In this document: piece after piece, positions 38,756 to 49,057 of the stretch
Layout: every line of letters begins with the position of its first letter
Numbering within the stretch: position 1 is the first letter of the stretch
Assembly: GCA_910586635.1 (NCBI GenBank)
Contig: CAJUJA010000001.1
Span: forward strand, 1 to 54,664
Origin: an uncultured Bacilli bacterium
GTDB lineage: Bacteria > Bacillota_I > Bacilli_A > RF39 > UBA660
DNA length: 54,664 nucleotides
Direction: 5' to 3'
Notes under the pieces: generated by a model
What the model was told of the DNA's origin: nothing
Databases searched by the model: none
Seen by the model: the letters and a program-made list of their open reading frames with translations, nothing else
Made by a program: the position numbers and the translations under genes

Positions 38756-39034
38756 ATGGCAAAGAATAGTATCAGTCCAAAGGTTGCGTTAAGTATTTCG
38801 TCAAAAGTAGCAAAATATATCAAGGATTTAGATAGCCAAATGACGCAATTAGCGGATGCAGTGGAACATTTAAATGCTCATTATTGGTATGGTGGAGCCA
38901 ATGCGAATGATTGGTATAATAAAATGACAGCACATTATATTAATGCATTATCTGCTAATCAACGTTTATTAGATATGAATAATAAGTTTAAAAAGCAAGT
39001 TACAAAATATAAGAGTGCTAGTGATTCAAAATAG
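38756..39034 (+). CDS. WXG100-family (EsxA-like) protein
   Basis: A 92-aa protein with W44-Y-G46 (HYWYGGANANDWYNKM) at the centre of a predicted helix-turn-helix hairpin. No signal peptide. RBS AAGGAGAA. Confidence 0.6.
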   Translation: MAKNSISPKVALSISSKVAKYIKDLDSQMTQLADAVEHLNAHYWYGGANANDWYNKMTAHYINALSANQRLLDMNNKFKKQVTKYKSASDSK

Positions 39035-39045
39035 GAATATAAAGT

Positions 39046-39315
39046 ATGAATGAAAAAATAAGAATTGATGATAATATGAATCAAGATATTAAATCTGCTA
39101 TCAATTACATAAATAATAACGATGACGGTTTTATAAATGGTGTTGATTTATATGCGGAGTTTCGTGAAGGTGCTGATCCGACTGGAGAAGCGGAGTTTTC
39201 TACCATCGATAAAGATGATGAAATAGAAGAACTTTCTGTTTCTGATGATAGTGTCGTTAAAAATCAAATCCAAGAAAATGATGAAGCATTAAATGTTGAT
39301 GATTTATTTGAATAA
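39046..39315 (+). CDS. highly acidic small protein (candidate T7SS cargo, chaperone or immunity factor)
   Basis: An 89-aa protein rich in Asp, Glu and Asn (..NNNDDGF.., KDDEIEELSVSDDS, C-terminal LNVDDLFE) with no hydrophobic segment. The RBS is weak (AGGAAT). Confidence 0.4.
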   Translation: MNEKIRIDDNMNQDIKSAINYINNNDDGFINGVDLYAEFREGADPTGEAEFSTIDKDDEIEELSVSDDSVVKNQIQENDEALNVDDLFE

Positions 39316-39343
39316 AAGTATTGACAAAATACTTTTATTTTTG
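39314..39343 (+). terminator. hairpin plus T-tract closing the T7SS-like operon (overlaps promoter-like hexamers)
   Basis: aaaagtatt (39314-39322) / aatactttt (39328-39336), then ATTTTTG. The same sequence reads TTGACA (39321-39326)-17 nt-TATACT (39344-39349). Confidence 0.45.
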
Positions 39344-39355
39344 TATACTAATGTT

Positions 39356-39670
39356 GTTAATATATGATAGTGGAGAAGGTGCTTTGAAGTTTTATTTTTA
39401 ATTGTGCTGGTCTCTGATTTGCTTGTTATACATATATTAAGATTACAATTGAAAAGAAGGAAAACTTTTAGGGTAAGTGGCAGGTATAGGTCTGAATACT
39501 GATATCATTTAGCTAATGATGCCCCTAATTAAACCGGAATAGTAAGTTTTTATCAGAAATTTACTATGAACTCAGGAAACACGACCAGACCAGAAATGTT
39601 GTGTAGAGTTTTTAAAAGAAAATAAATACATGTAATGTTATTTTAATATTCATGTATTTATTTTTTTTTG
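39356..39670 (+). ncRNA. candidate structured RNA of about 300 nt, or a long 3' UTR, of unknown class
   Basis: No ORF. Bounded by the TTGACA-17-TATACT element and a perfect 13-bp terminator aaataaatacatg / catgtatttattt plus T9 (39620-39670). Internal hairpins: atcatt-tagct-aatgat, atagtaa...ttactat, and long-range ctggtct / agaccag. Confidence 0.4.
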
Positions 39671-39685
39671 TTTTATGAAGTTATC

Positions 39686-39873
39686 GAAAATAAAAAAGCC
39701 TAATAGGCTTTTAGTTTAAAATCACTATTTATATATTTATCAGATACATAAATAATAATAATGCTTGTTTAGAGTTTTCTTTCTCTTACAATAATTACAA
39801 TTCCCCTAGTGCGGTAAGTTATTACTTTAAAATCGATCGCATTTGATCTTTTGATTCCTCTTTATTACTAGGT
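39686..39873 (-). ncRNA. candidate minus-strand small RNA of about 190 nt, unknown class
   Basis: Minus-strand TTGACA (39904-39909)-17 nt-TAATAT (39881-39886) promoter. Minus-strand terminator aaagcc-taata-ggcttt, followed on that strand by TTTTTATTTT (39686-39712). The longest RBS-linked ORF is only 6 codons. Confidence 0.35.
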
Positions 39874-39928
39874 TAATTTAATATTACTATAGGTTTTAGA
39901 AGATGTCAATATATTTTTGAAAAAAATG

Positions 39929-39957
39929 TTGACTATTCTGTCTTTTTGTTGTATTAT
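39929..39957 (+). promoter_or_regulatory. promoter candidate for ybxB-rpoB-rpoC (TTGACT-17 nt-TATTAT)
   Basis: Hexamers at 39929-39934 and 39952-39957. It sits back-to-back with the minus-strand promoter at 39881-39909. Confidence 0.5.
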
Positions 39958-39966
39958 ATCTTTACG

Positions 39967-40012
39967 AAAGGAGACAACTGTAGCACTTTATAGTAGTTGT
40001 CTCTTTCTTTTT
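39967..40012 (+). terminator. leader hairpin plus U-tract (attenuator-like) between the promoter and ybxB
   Basis: gagacaact (39971-39979) / agttgtctc (39995-40003) with a 15-nt loop, followed by TTTCTTTTT. It lies 17 nt before the ybxB ATG. Confidence 0.5.
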
Positions 40013-40028
40013 GTATTTGGAGAGGATC

Positions 40029-40613
40029 ATGGGGCATTATTTTACAAACGAAAAATTACCAAGTGAAGTTAAGAAAACAAATTGTATAGTTAGAAACTGT
40101 AGTTTTGTTTTTTTGACAGATCGTGGTGTCTTTTCGAAAGAAGGACTAGATTTTGGCAGTAGACTTTTACTTGAATCCATCCCGCTTGTAGAAGTTGGAG
40201 CTAAAGTTTTAGATATGGGTTGTGGCTATGGTGTATTTGGTATTGTTTTAAATAAACTCACTAATGCTTGTATTGATATGGTAGATGTTAATTTACGGGC
40301 CTTACATTTAGCAAAACGTAACTTGGCTTTGAATGATTGTAGTAATATCCATGTTTTTGAAAGTGATTGTTATTCTAATATTGATCAAAAATATAATACT
40401 ATTATTACTAATCCGCCAATACGTGCGGGTAAAAAAATTGTTTATGAGATATTGATGAATGCAAAAGGATATCTAGAACCTGATGGAAATCTTTTCTTAG
40501 TAATTCGAAAAGAACAGGGTGCTAAATCGCTAATATCCGACTTAAGTAAAGTGTATAATGTTGAGATATTAGAAAAGAAAAAAGGATTTTTCGTATTAAA
40601 GTGTTCATTTTAG
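40029..40613 (+). CDS. ybxB: class I SAM-dependent (RsmC/RlmG-like) methyltransferase, YbxB-like
   Basis: VLDMGCGYGVFG (motif I) and IITNPPIRAGK (NPPxH/R-type motif IV). Located between rplL and rpoB, as ybxB is in B. subtilis. Confidence 0.75.
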   Translation: MGHYFTNEKLPSEVKKTNCIVRNCSFVFLTDRGVFSKEGLDFGSRLLLESIPLVEVGAKVLDMGCGYGVFGIVLNKLTNACIDMVDVNLRALHLAKRNLALNDCSNIHVFESDCYSNIDQKYNTIITNPPIRAGKKIVYEILMNAKGYLEPDGNLFLVIRKEQGAKSLISDLSKVYNVEILEKKKGFFVLKCSF

Positions 40614-40713
40614 TTGACTTGTTGATTGTTTTATGTTATTAATATAAATTGGCAACGTGTTATATTTAATGCGATTTTGTTCTTTAAAAATTAAATTGTT
40701 TGGGGTGAAAAGA

Positions 40714-43700
40714 GTGTCATATAAAATAGTTAAATGTGGTGACCATAGAGAAAGAAGAAATTTCTCAAAAATTAGAAATACGTATGAATTAAAAGATTTA
40801 CTTGAAATTCAGAAAAAATCTTATGATTGGTTTAAGAATGTAGGTATTAAAGAAGTTTTTGAAGATTTACTACATGGAGTAGAAAATTTTTCTGGTACTT
40901 TAAGATTAGAAGTTGGCGATTATCATTTTGATGAGCCTAGATATTCGATTAAGGAAAGTAAGGATCGTGAAACTACTTATTCAGCACCTTTAAAGGTTGA
41001 GGTGCGTCTTTTTAATCATGAGACTGGTGAAGTTAAGGAACAAGAAATTTTTATGGGAGATATGCCAATTATGACAGATAGTGGAACCTTTGTCATTAAT
41101 GGTGCAGAACGTGTTATTGTTTCTCAGTTGGTTCGATCTCCAAGTGTTTATTTTAATCGTGAAATTGATAAAAATGGACGTGAGTTAATTACTTCTCAGA
41201 TTATACCGACTCGTGGTACTTGGTTAGAATTTGAAACGGATGCTAGAGATGTGTTATATGTTAGGATTGATAGAACAAGAAAAGTAACTTTAACTACCTT
41301 ACTTAGAGCTTTTGGATTATCTAGTGATGAAGAGATTTTAAAGGTTTTTGGTGAAGATGAATATTTAAAGAATACAATTGCTAAAGATTCTACTAAAAAT
41401 ACAGATGAAGCTTTAATTGAAATTTATGAAAAATTAAGACCTGGTGAACCTGCAACGATTGATTCTTCTAAAAACCAAATTATTACTAGATTCTTTGATG
41501 AATTTAGATATGATTTAGCTCGTGTGGGGCGTTATAAGTTTAATCGTAAATTAAATGTTTTAGATCGTTTACTAGGACAAACAATCGCAGAAGATATTAA
41601 AGTAGGAAACAGGATTGTTTGTGCTAAGGGAACTATTATTACAAAGGCAATATTAGAAGAGTTAAAAGAAGTATTTAAAAATGGTTATGGAGTTTCTGAT
41701 GTTCCAGTTAATGAAGAATTGGATACTTATAATAGGATTCAACAAATTAAAATTATAGATCCGTCTGATAAGAAAAATAAATTAGTTGTAATCGGTAATG
41801 ATCAGGAAATAACAGAAAAAAGATTAACTATTTCTGATGTTTATGCATCTGTATCTTATTATTTAAACCTTCTACATGGTGTTGGGAATTTTGATGAGAT
41901 TGATCATTTAGGAAATAGACGTATTCGTCAAGTAGGAGAATTGTTGCAAAATCAATTTAGAATTGGTGTCTCTCGTATGGAACGTGTAATTCGTGAGAGA
42001 ATGACGACTCAAGAGATGGAGGAAGTAACGCCTAAGACTTTAATTAATATTAGACCAGTTACTGCAGCAATGAAAGAATTTTTTGGATCTAGTCAACTTT
42101 CTCAATTTATGGATCAAACTAATCCAATTGCAGAGCTTACGAATAAACGACGTTTATCAGCGTTAGGACCAGGTGGTTTATCAAGAGATCGAGCTGGAGT
42201 TGAAGTTCGTGACGTTAATACTTCTCACTATGGTAGAATTTGTCCAATTGAATCACCTGAAGGACCTAATATCGGATTAATTACTTCTTTAGCAAGCTAT
42301 GCAAAAGTAGATGAATATGGATTTATTATGACTCCATATCGTAAGGTTAAAGATTGTAAGATTACAGATACAGTTGAATATTTAACAGCAGATGAAGAGG
42401 CAGATTATATTATTTCACAATCTACAATTAATACAGATAAAAATAATGTTATTATAGATAATCAGGTGAATGCTAGACTTCGAGGGGAAAATATTTTAGC
42501 GAAACCCGAACAGGTAGATTATATTGATGTTTCTCCACAGCAAGTTGTATCGATTACCACAAGTTGTATTCCATTTTTGGAACATGATGATGCTACTCGT
42601 GCTTTAATGGGTGCTAACATGCAACGTCAAGCTATGCCATTAATTAAGACAGAAGCACCATTTGTGGGAACCGGTGTTGAGCATATTGCAGCAAAAGATT
42701 CAGGTGTCTGTGTGATTGCTAAGAATGATGGTATTGTTGAATATACTGATTCTAAAAAAATAATAGTGAAAACAAAAGAGGGAAAAGATACCTATGATTT
42801 AGCAAATTTTGAACTTGCAAATGCAGGAATTTGTAATCATCAAAGACCTATAGTTAAAGTAGGAGACAAGGTAGAGAAAAATCATACAATTTTAGCAGAT
42901 GGAAATTCTACCGATAAGGGAGAACTTGCTTTAGGAAAGAATATGGTCGTTGCTTTCATGACATTTGATGGTTATAACTATGAAGATGCTGTTATTTTAA
43001 ATGAAAATCTAGTCAAAGATGATAAATTAACTTCTCTACATTTAGAGGATTATGAAATGCAATGTCGTGAGACAAAACTGGGCCCAGAAGAAATTACTAG
43101 GGATATTCCAAATGTTAGTGAAGAATCTCGTAAAAACTTAGATGAAAATGGTATTATTACGATTGGAACTGAAGTAAAAGAAGGAGATATTTTAGTAGGT
43201 AAAGTTACCCCTAAGGGAATGGCTGAGCTTACATCAGAGGAAAAACTATTACATGCTATTTTTGGAGAAAAAACTCGTGAGGTTCGTGATACATCTCTTC
43301 GCGTTCCACATGGTGGAGATGGAATTGTTCACGATATTAAAATTTATTCACGTAAAGATAATGATGAATTACCAGCAGGAGTTTCTAAGGTAATTCGTGT
43401 CTACATTATTCAAAAACGTAAGATTCAAGTTGGAGATAAAATGTCTGGTCGTCATGGTAATAAGGGTGTTATTTCACTTATTCTTCCAGAAGAGGATATG
43501 CCATATTTACCAGATGGTACACCAGTTGATATTATGCTTAATCCACAGGGAGTTCCCTCTCGTATGAATTTAGGACAAATCCTTGAATTACATATGGGTA
43601 TGGCTGCTAAAAAGTTAGGAGTACATATAGCAACTCCAGTATTTGATGGAGCCCATATTGAAGATATTGAGAAAATGATGGAAGAAGCAGGTATGGATAA

Positions 43701-44277
43701 GGATGGAAAAACAGTTCTTTATGATGGACGTACTGGAGAGGCTTTTGATAACCGTATCTCAGTGGGAGTTATGTATATGATTAAGCTTCACCATATGGTG
43801 GATGATAAGCTGCATGCTCGTTCGACTGGACCTTATTCTATGGTTACACAGCAACCACTTGGTGGTAAGGCACAGTTTGGTGGACAAAGATTTGGAGAGA
43901 TGGAAGTTTGGGCATTATATGCATATGGAGCTGCACATACTTTGCAAGAAATTTTAACTGTTAAATCCGATGATGTTGTAGGTCGTGTAAAAGTATATGA
44001 GTCAATTGTGAAAGGTCAAGAAATTGATCAGGCAGGGGTTCCGGAGTCATTTAGAGTATTAATGAAAGAATTCCAAGCTTTAGGATTAGATATTTCTATT
44101 ATTAATGATAAGGGAGAAAACTTGCAGTTAAAGGAAATCGAAACAGAGGAAGATAGGGATGATTCTAAATTATCAATAGAGGAATTAGATAAATCACCTG
44201 TTGAGGAAATTGTTATTCAAGAAGAACCCACAGATGATAAAGAACAGGTATCTGTAGAGGAAGGAGCTGATATTTAA
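40714..44277 (+). CDS. rpoB: DNA-directed RNA polymerase beta subunit
   Basis: Begins [20 protein letters not shown]...[12 protein letters not shown], like Firmicute RpoB N-termini. GTG 40714 lies 7 nt after GGGGTG. The track ORF from 40657 is an extension. Confidence 0.95.
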   Translation: MSYKIVKCGDHRERRNFSKIRNTYELKDLLEIQKKSYDWFKNVGIKEVFEDLLHGVENFSGTLRLEVGDYHFDEPRYSIKESKDRETTYSAPLKVEVRLFNHETGEVKEQEIFMGDMPIMTDSGTFVINGAERVIVSQLVRSPSVYFNREIDKNGRELITSQIIPTRGTWLEFETDARDVLYVRIDRTRKVTLTTLLRAFGLSSDEEILKVFGEDEYLKNTIAKDSTKNTDEALIEIYEKLRPGEPATIDSSKNQIITRFFDEFRYDLARVGRYKFNRKLNVLDRLLGQTIAEDIKVGNRIVCAKGTIITKAILEELKEVFKNGYGVSDVPVNEELDTYNRIQQIKIIDPSDKKNKLVVIGNDQEITEKRLTISDVYASVSYYLNLLHGVGNFDEIDHLGNRRIRQVGELLQNQFRIGVSRMERVIRERMTTQEMEEVTPKTLINIRPVTAAMKEFFGSSQLSQFMDQTNPIAELTNKRRLSALGPGGLSRDRAGVEVRDVNTSHYGRICPIESPEGPNIGLITSLASYAKVDEYGFIMTPYRKVKDCKITDTVEYLTADEEADYIISQSTINTDKNNVIIDNQVNARLRGENILAKPEQVDYIDVSPQQVVSITTSCIPFLEHDDATRALMGANMQRQAMPLIKTEAPFVGTGVEHIAAKDSGVCVIAKNDGIVEYTDSKKIIVKTKEGKDTYDLANFELANAGICNHQRPIVKVGDKVEKNHTILADGNSTDKGELALGKNMVVAFMTFDGYNYEDAVILNENLVKDDKLTSLHLEDYEMQCRETKLGPEEITRDIPNVSEESRKNLDENGIITIGTEVKEGDILVGKVTPKGMAELTSEEKLLHAIFGEKTREVRDTSLRVPHGGDGIVHDIKIYSRKDNDELPAGVSKVIRVYIIQKRKIQVGDKMSGRHGNKGVISLILPEEDMPYLPDGTPVDIMLNPQGVPSRMNLGQILELHMGMAAKKLGVHIATPVFDGAHIEDIEKMMEEAGMDKDGKTVLYDGRTGEAFDNRISVGVMYMIKLHHMVDDKLHARSTGPYSMVTQQPLGGKAQFGGQRFGEMEVWALYAYGAAHTLQEILTVKSDDVVGRVKVYESIVKGQEIDQAGVPESFRVLMKEFQALGLDISIINDKGENLQLKEIETEEDRDDSKLSIEELDKSPVEEIVIQEEPTDDKEQVSVEEGADI

Positions 44278-47200
44278 TGATCGCAGTAAATAAATTTGAA
44301 GCATTAAAAATTGGTATCGCTTCTTCTGAGAAAATTCGTGAATGGTCTTATGGAGAAGTAAAAAAGCCAGAAACTATTAATTATCGTACTTTAAAACCAG
44401 AACGAGATGGACTATTTTGTGAAAAGATTTTTGGACCTACTAAAGATTTTGAATGTGCTTGTGGAAAATATAAAAGAGTACGTTACAAAAATATCGTTTG
44501 TGATAGATGTGGAGTAGAAGTAACTAGATCCAAAGTACGTCGTGAACGTATGGGGCATATAGAACTTGCTTCTCCAGTTTCTCATATTTGGTTTTTCAAG
44601 GGAGTTCCATCTCGTATGGGCTTAGTTCTAGATATGAGTCCAAGAGATTTAGAGGAAGTACTATACTTTGTTAGTTATGTTGTAATTGATAAAGGAAATG
44701 CACCGCTTGAAAATAAACAAACATTATCTGAAAAGGAATATCGTGCATACTATGAAAAATATGGCACAGGCTTTCGTGTTGGAATGGGTGCTGAGGCTAT
44801 TAAAGAGTTATTAAAAAAGGTTGATTTAAAAAAGGAAATTGATGAGATTACAGAAGAACTTGAATCCGCTTTAGGTCAAAAAAGGACTCGCCTTTTAAAG
44901 AGATTAGATGTTTTAGATGCCTTTTATCAATCAGGAAATCGTCCTGACTGGATGATTTTAGATGCGATTCCTGTGATTCCACCAGAACTACGTCCTATGA
45001 TTCAATTAGATGGTGGTAGATTTGCAACTAGTGATTTAAATGATTTATATAGACGTGTTATTAATCGTAATAATCGTTTAAAAAAGCTTATTGATTTAGG
45101 TGCACCTGGTATTATTATTCAAAATGAGAAACGTATGTTACAGGAAGCTGTTGATGCTTTGTTTGATAATGGACGTCGTGGTAGAAGTGTTACAGGTGCT
45201 GGAAATCGTCCTTTGAAGTCACTTTCTAGCATGTTAAAGGGAAAACAAGGACGTTTTCGTCAAAACTTACTTGGAAAACGTGTTGACTATTCAGGTCGTT
45301 CTGTTATTGTTGTTGGACCTAATTTAAAGATGTATCAATGTGGACTTCCAAAGGAAATGGCATTAGAGTTATTTAAACCTCATGTTATTAATGGGTTAGT
45401 AGGGAAAGATATTGCCCATAATATTAAAGCTGCTAAAAGATTGATTGAAAACCAGGACCCTGTTGTATGGGATATTGTAGAAGAGGTTATTAAAGAACAT
45501 CCAGTGTTATTAAATCGTGCACCAACATTACATAGACTTGGAATTCAAGCATTTGAACCAATATTAGTTGGTGGAAAAGCCATTCGTCTACATCCGCTTG
45601 TTTGTCCAGCATTTAATGCAGACTTTGATGGAGATCAAATGGCGGTCCATGTTCCTTTATCAGAAGAAGCTCAGGCAGAAGCTAGACTTTTAATGTTAGG
45701 TTCTAATAACATCTTACATCCAAAAAGTGGTGATCCAATTGTTACCCCTTCACAGGATATGGTCCTTGGTAATTATTATATTACAATGGAGAAAGCTGGA
45801 TTAGAAGGAGAAGGTAGAGTCTTTAAAAATTGTAATGAGGCATTAATGGCCTATGAGCGTAAAGAGCTTACCCTACATACCCGTATTGCTATTCCTGTAT
45901 CTTCGTTTAAACATAAGTTATTTACAGATGAGCAAAAAGAAAAATATTTGGTAACGACTGTTGGTAAAATTAAATTTAATGAAATCCTACCAGATTCATT
46001 TGCTTTTGTAAATGAACCAACTGATGATAATATTTCTAATATTACACCAAATAAATATTTCTTAGATCGTGGTACCAATATTAAAGAGGCGATTCAAGCT
46101 ATGCCTTTAGTAAAACCATTTGCTAAGGGAACCTTAGAAAAAATTATTGCCCAAGTATTTAAAAGATATAAAACTACTGAAACTTCAGAAATGCTTGATA
46201 AGTTGAAAGATTTGGGATTCTATTATTCTACCATTGCTGGAATTACGGTTAGTATGGCAGATGTTGAAACTAGTAAGCATAAGCCAGAAATTGTAGAAGA
46301 GAGTCAAAAACTTGTTGATAAAATTAATAAACAATATAAAAGAGGTTTAATAACTGATGAAGAGAGATTTACAAAAGTAATTGATACTTGGAATACAGCA
46401 AAAGATAGGGTACAAGCAGAGCTTGAGGAAATTTCTAATAGTGATATGGATAATCCGATCTTTATGATGATGCATTCAAAAGCTCGTGGTAATATCTCAA
46501 ACTTTACTCAAGTTGCAGGAATGCGTGGTATTATGGCAAAACCTTCTGGTGAGTCAGTGGAAATTCCAGTTTTATCAAACTTTAAGGAAGGTCTTTCAGT
46601 TGCTGAATTCTTCTTATCTACTCATGGTGCTCGTAAAGGTAGTGCAGATACCGCTTTAAAAACAGCTGATTCTGGATACTTAACGAGACGTTTGGTTGAC
46701 GTTAGTCAAGATATGATTATTAGAGAAGCAGATTGTGGTACTGATCAAGGTGTTGTTGTGCGTGCTTTCATGAATGAAAAAACTGGTGCAGTAATTGAAA
46801 GTTTAAGAGATCGAATTGTTGGTCGTTTTGCCAATAAAAAAGTTATAGATCCTACTACTAAAAAAGTTTTAGTAGAACGTTTGGATATGATTACTGAATT
46901 GATTGCAGATAAAATTATTGATGCTGGAATTGAAGAGGTTGAAATTCGTACCAATTTAACTTGTGCAACACAAAATGGTTTATGTCAAAAATGTTATGGA
47001 CGTAATCTTGCTACTGGTAATTTAGTAGAAATTGGAGAGGCAGTAGGTGTTATGGCTGCACAGTCTATTGGAGAACCTGGAACACAGCTTACTATGCGTA
47101 CTTTCCATACTGGTGGAGTTGCAGGTGGAGAAGATATTACTCAAGGTCTTCCACGTGTTCAGGAATTATTTGAAGCTCGTAATCCGAAAGGAAAAGCAAC

Positions 47201-47909
47201 AATTGCTGAGATTGATGGTAAGATTACTAAAATAAAAGAAGATCATGGAAAATATAAAATTAGTATTACAAATAAACTAGAAACAAAAGAACACGTATCT
47301 AATTATGGTGCTAAACTTTGTGTTGAAAAAGGTCAAGAGGTTACTTGTGGAACGAAACTTACAGAAGGTGCAATTAGCCCTAAGGAATTACTTGCCGTAA
47401 CCGATCCAATTACAACTCAAGAGTATATCTTAAAAGAGGTTCAAAATACATATCGTTCACAAGGTGTTGATATTTCCGATAAACATATTGAAGTTATTGC
47501 ACGTAGAATGATTTCTAAGATTCGTATTATTGAATCTGGGGATACAAGGTTCTTGCCAGGAAGTTTAGTTAACTTTAGGGAATTTACAGATGGAAATAAA
47601 GAGGCTATTATTAAAGGTAAGAAACCAGCTTTAGGAAAACCTGTATTATTGGGTATTACGAAAGCCTCTCTAGAAACTGATTCTTTCTTATCTGCTGCCT
47701 CTTTCCAAGAAACTACAAGGATTCTAACGGATGCTGCAATTAAGGGAAAAGTAGATCACTTAGAAGGACTAAAAGAAAATGTTATTATTGGTAAACTGAT
47801 TCCTGCAGGAACTGGTAGTAGAAGATATTCTAATGTAGAATATGATTTAGAAAAAGAGTTTATTGATGAGGAACCTCTAGATAAGTTAGAAGATCAATTT
47901 ATGGATTAA
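44277..47909 (+). CDS. rpoC: DNA-directed RNA polymerase beta' subunit
   Basis: Zn finger [23 protein letters not shown]. Catalytic [17 protein letters not shown] overlap with rpoB. Confidence 0.97.
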   Translation: MIAVNKFEALKIGIASSEKIREWSYGEVKKPETINYRTLKPERDGLFCEKIFGPTKDFECACGKYKRVRYKNIVCDRCGVEVTRSKVRRERMGHIELASPVSHIWFFKGVPSRMGLVLDMSPRDLEEVLYFVSYVVIDKGNAPLENKQTLSEKEYRAYYEKYGTGFRVGMGAEAIKELLKKVDLKKEIDEITEELESALGQKRTRLLKRLDVLDAFYQSGNRPDWMILDAIPVIPPELRPMIQLDGGRFATSDLNDLYRRVINRNNRLKKLIDLGAPGIIIQNEKRMLQEAVDALFDNGRRGRSVTGAGNRPLKSLSSMLKGKQGRFRQNLLGKRVDYSGRSVIVVGPNLKMYQCGLPKEMALELFKPHVINGLVGKDIAHNIKAAKRLIENQDPVVWDIVEEVIKEHPVLLNRAPTLHRLGIQAFEPILVGGKAIRLHPLVCPAFNADFDGDQMAVHVPLSEEAQAEARLLMLGSNNILHPKSGDPIVTPSQDMVLGNYYITMEKAGLEGEGRVFKNCNEALMAYERKELTLHTRIAIPVSSFKHKLFTDEQKEKYLVTTVGKIKFNEILPDSFAFVNEPTDDNISNITPNKYFLDRGTNIKEAIQAMPLVKPFAKGTLEKIIAQVFKRYKTTETSEMLDKLKDLGFYYSTIAGITVSMADVETSKHKPEIVEESQKLVDKINKQYKRGLITDEERFTKVIDTWNTAKDRVQAELEEISNSDMDNPIFMMMHSKARGNISNFTQVAGMRGIMAKPSGESVEIPVLSNFKEGLSVAEFFLSTHGARKGSADTALKTADSGYLTRRLVDVSQDMIIREADCGTDQGVVVRAFMNEKTGAVIESLRDRIVGRFANKKVIDPTTKKVLVERLDMITELIADKIIDAGIEEVEIRTNLTCATQNGLCQKCYGRNLATGNLVEIGEAVGVMAAQSIGEPGTQLTMRTFHTGGVAGGEDITQGLPRVQELFEARNPKGKATIAEIDGKITKIKEDHGKYKISITNKLETKEHVSNYGAKLCVEKGQEVTCGTKLTEGAISPKELLAVTDPITTQEYILKEVQNTYRSQGVDISDKHIEVIARRMISKIRIIESGDTRFLPGSLVNFREFTDGNKEAIIKGKKPALGKPVLLGITKASLETDSFLSAASFQETTRILTDAAIKGKVDHLEGLKENVIIGKLIPAGTGSRRYSNVEYDLEKEFIDEEPLDKLEDQFMD

Positions 47910-47937
47910 AGAACCGATTTTATTGGTTCTTTTTTGT
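47909..47937 (+). terminator. intrinsic terminator after rpoC
   Basis: aagaacc / ggttctt stem followed by a T run. Confidence 0.6.
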
Positions 47938-48073
47938 TTCTGATTATCAGAATTGTTTTATAGAGTATGTTTTTAATCATATAGTGGGGATTTTAAAACT
48001 TTTTTTTCTTGCTTTTCGTTATTAAGTATGATATAATTAAGCATAATTTATATTGTAAAGGGGAAAATATTAT

Positions 48074-48994
48074 ATGGAGAAAATTGATTTGTCAGGATGT
48101 AGAGAGTTTTTAATAGATGCTTATGAGGTTCAAAGAGAAAATGGATCTATTGGTTATATAGATGAGTATACTTATAAGAATACTTTAAAAGCTGCTGAAG
48201 ATAAAATTGAAGAGAAAAGAAATGAATTAAAAGCTTTGTTAAAGAGGTTTAGGGATAACAATCCTTTAAATAATCCTGCTTTTTCTAGTCAATCTCCATC
48301 TTTTTTTGCCTATCCATCTTTATTGGATTATGATGATGATTGTATAACTACTACAGATGGAAGGATCATTGTTGATGACTTTAAGCAGGCTGCTAATAAA
48401 AGAAGACAAGATGTTATAAATAGACGTTTTTCTTTAAAAAGAGTTGTTTCCACAGTAGGAGTTGCTCTTGGTTTAATGGCGGCGACAAAGGCTGCCTACA
48501 ATTATACTTTGGATAGTAATCACCATATTAGGGTTGAGGCACCAACTAAACCTGAAAGGGATAGTTATACTACGATGAGGAAAAACAAAAGTGGGATAAG
48601 GGTCGGTGTTTCAAGTATGCATACTATGAATAAGGAGTCTAGTATTTCCTTAATCGAGGATCCCATTCAGTTAGAAGATATTCAATTGTATTATAGTAGT
48701 GATGAACAAAAGCCTAGTGTAAAGACAAAGGAATTAGCTTGTGATAGTTATAAAATAAATCGTATTGCTATTCTTTCACATGATGGAAAAAAAATTATTA
48801 AAAATATCAATGCGAATAGACTAGATTCCACTATGAATATAGATGATTTTAAGGAAAATTGTCGATTGTTATATGGTGATGACATCAGGTTTAAAATTAA
48901 TGTTCATGGAATTATTGACGGTAAAGTAGTATATAAACAAGCAGGATGGACTTCAATGAGAAATATTAAAGATAAGAAAGCAAAAGTTTATTGA
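48074..48994 (+). CDS. bitopic membrane protein, function unknown (occupies the ybxF/L7Ae slot)
   Basis: RBS AAGGGGA. It has its own promoter-like TTGCTT-17-TATAAT. A single central TM (VVSTVGVALGLMAATKAAY) separates N-terminal (about 125 aa) and C-terminal (about 160 aa) soluble regions. Confidence 0.5.
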   Translation: MEKIDLSGCREFLIDAYEVQRENGSIGYIDEYTYKNTLKAAEDKIEEKRNELKALLKRFRDNNPLNNPAFSSQSPSFFAYPSLLDYDDDCITTTDGRIIVDDFKQAANKRRQDVINRRFSLKRVVSTVGVALGLMAATKAAYNYTLDSNHHIRVEAPTKPERDSYTTMRKNKSGIRVGVSSMHTMNKESSISLIEDPIQLEDIQLYYSSDEQKPSVKTKELACDSYKINRIAILSHDGKKIIKNINANRLDSTMNIDDFKENCRLLYGDDIRFKINVHGIIDGKVVYKQAGWTSMRNIKDKKAKVY

Positions 48995-49057
48995 AAGATA
49001 TAAGAACATTTTTTTAATAAAAGAATATTTATAATTATAAAAAGGGATGTGATATCA

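Noticed and set aside
39356-39670. Identification of the + strand orphan RNA as SRP (scRNA), 6S, tmRNA or RNase P RNA.
   Set aside because: I could not find the diagnostic motifs. There is no GGAAGCAG-type SRP domain IV, no GAAAGUCCGG of RNase P, and no tRNA-like GGTTCGA..CCA end or tag ORF of tmRNA. The ends do not form a 6S-like closing stem. The class is left unassigned.
33339-39900. The T7SS-like region as a recently acquired genomic island or mobile element.
   Set aside because: It has no integrase, transposase or recombinase and no tRNA target. I could see no flanking direct repeats, and the base composition looks the same as the surrounding core genes by eye.
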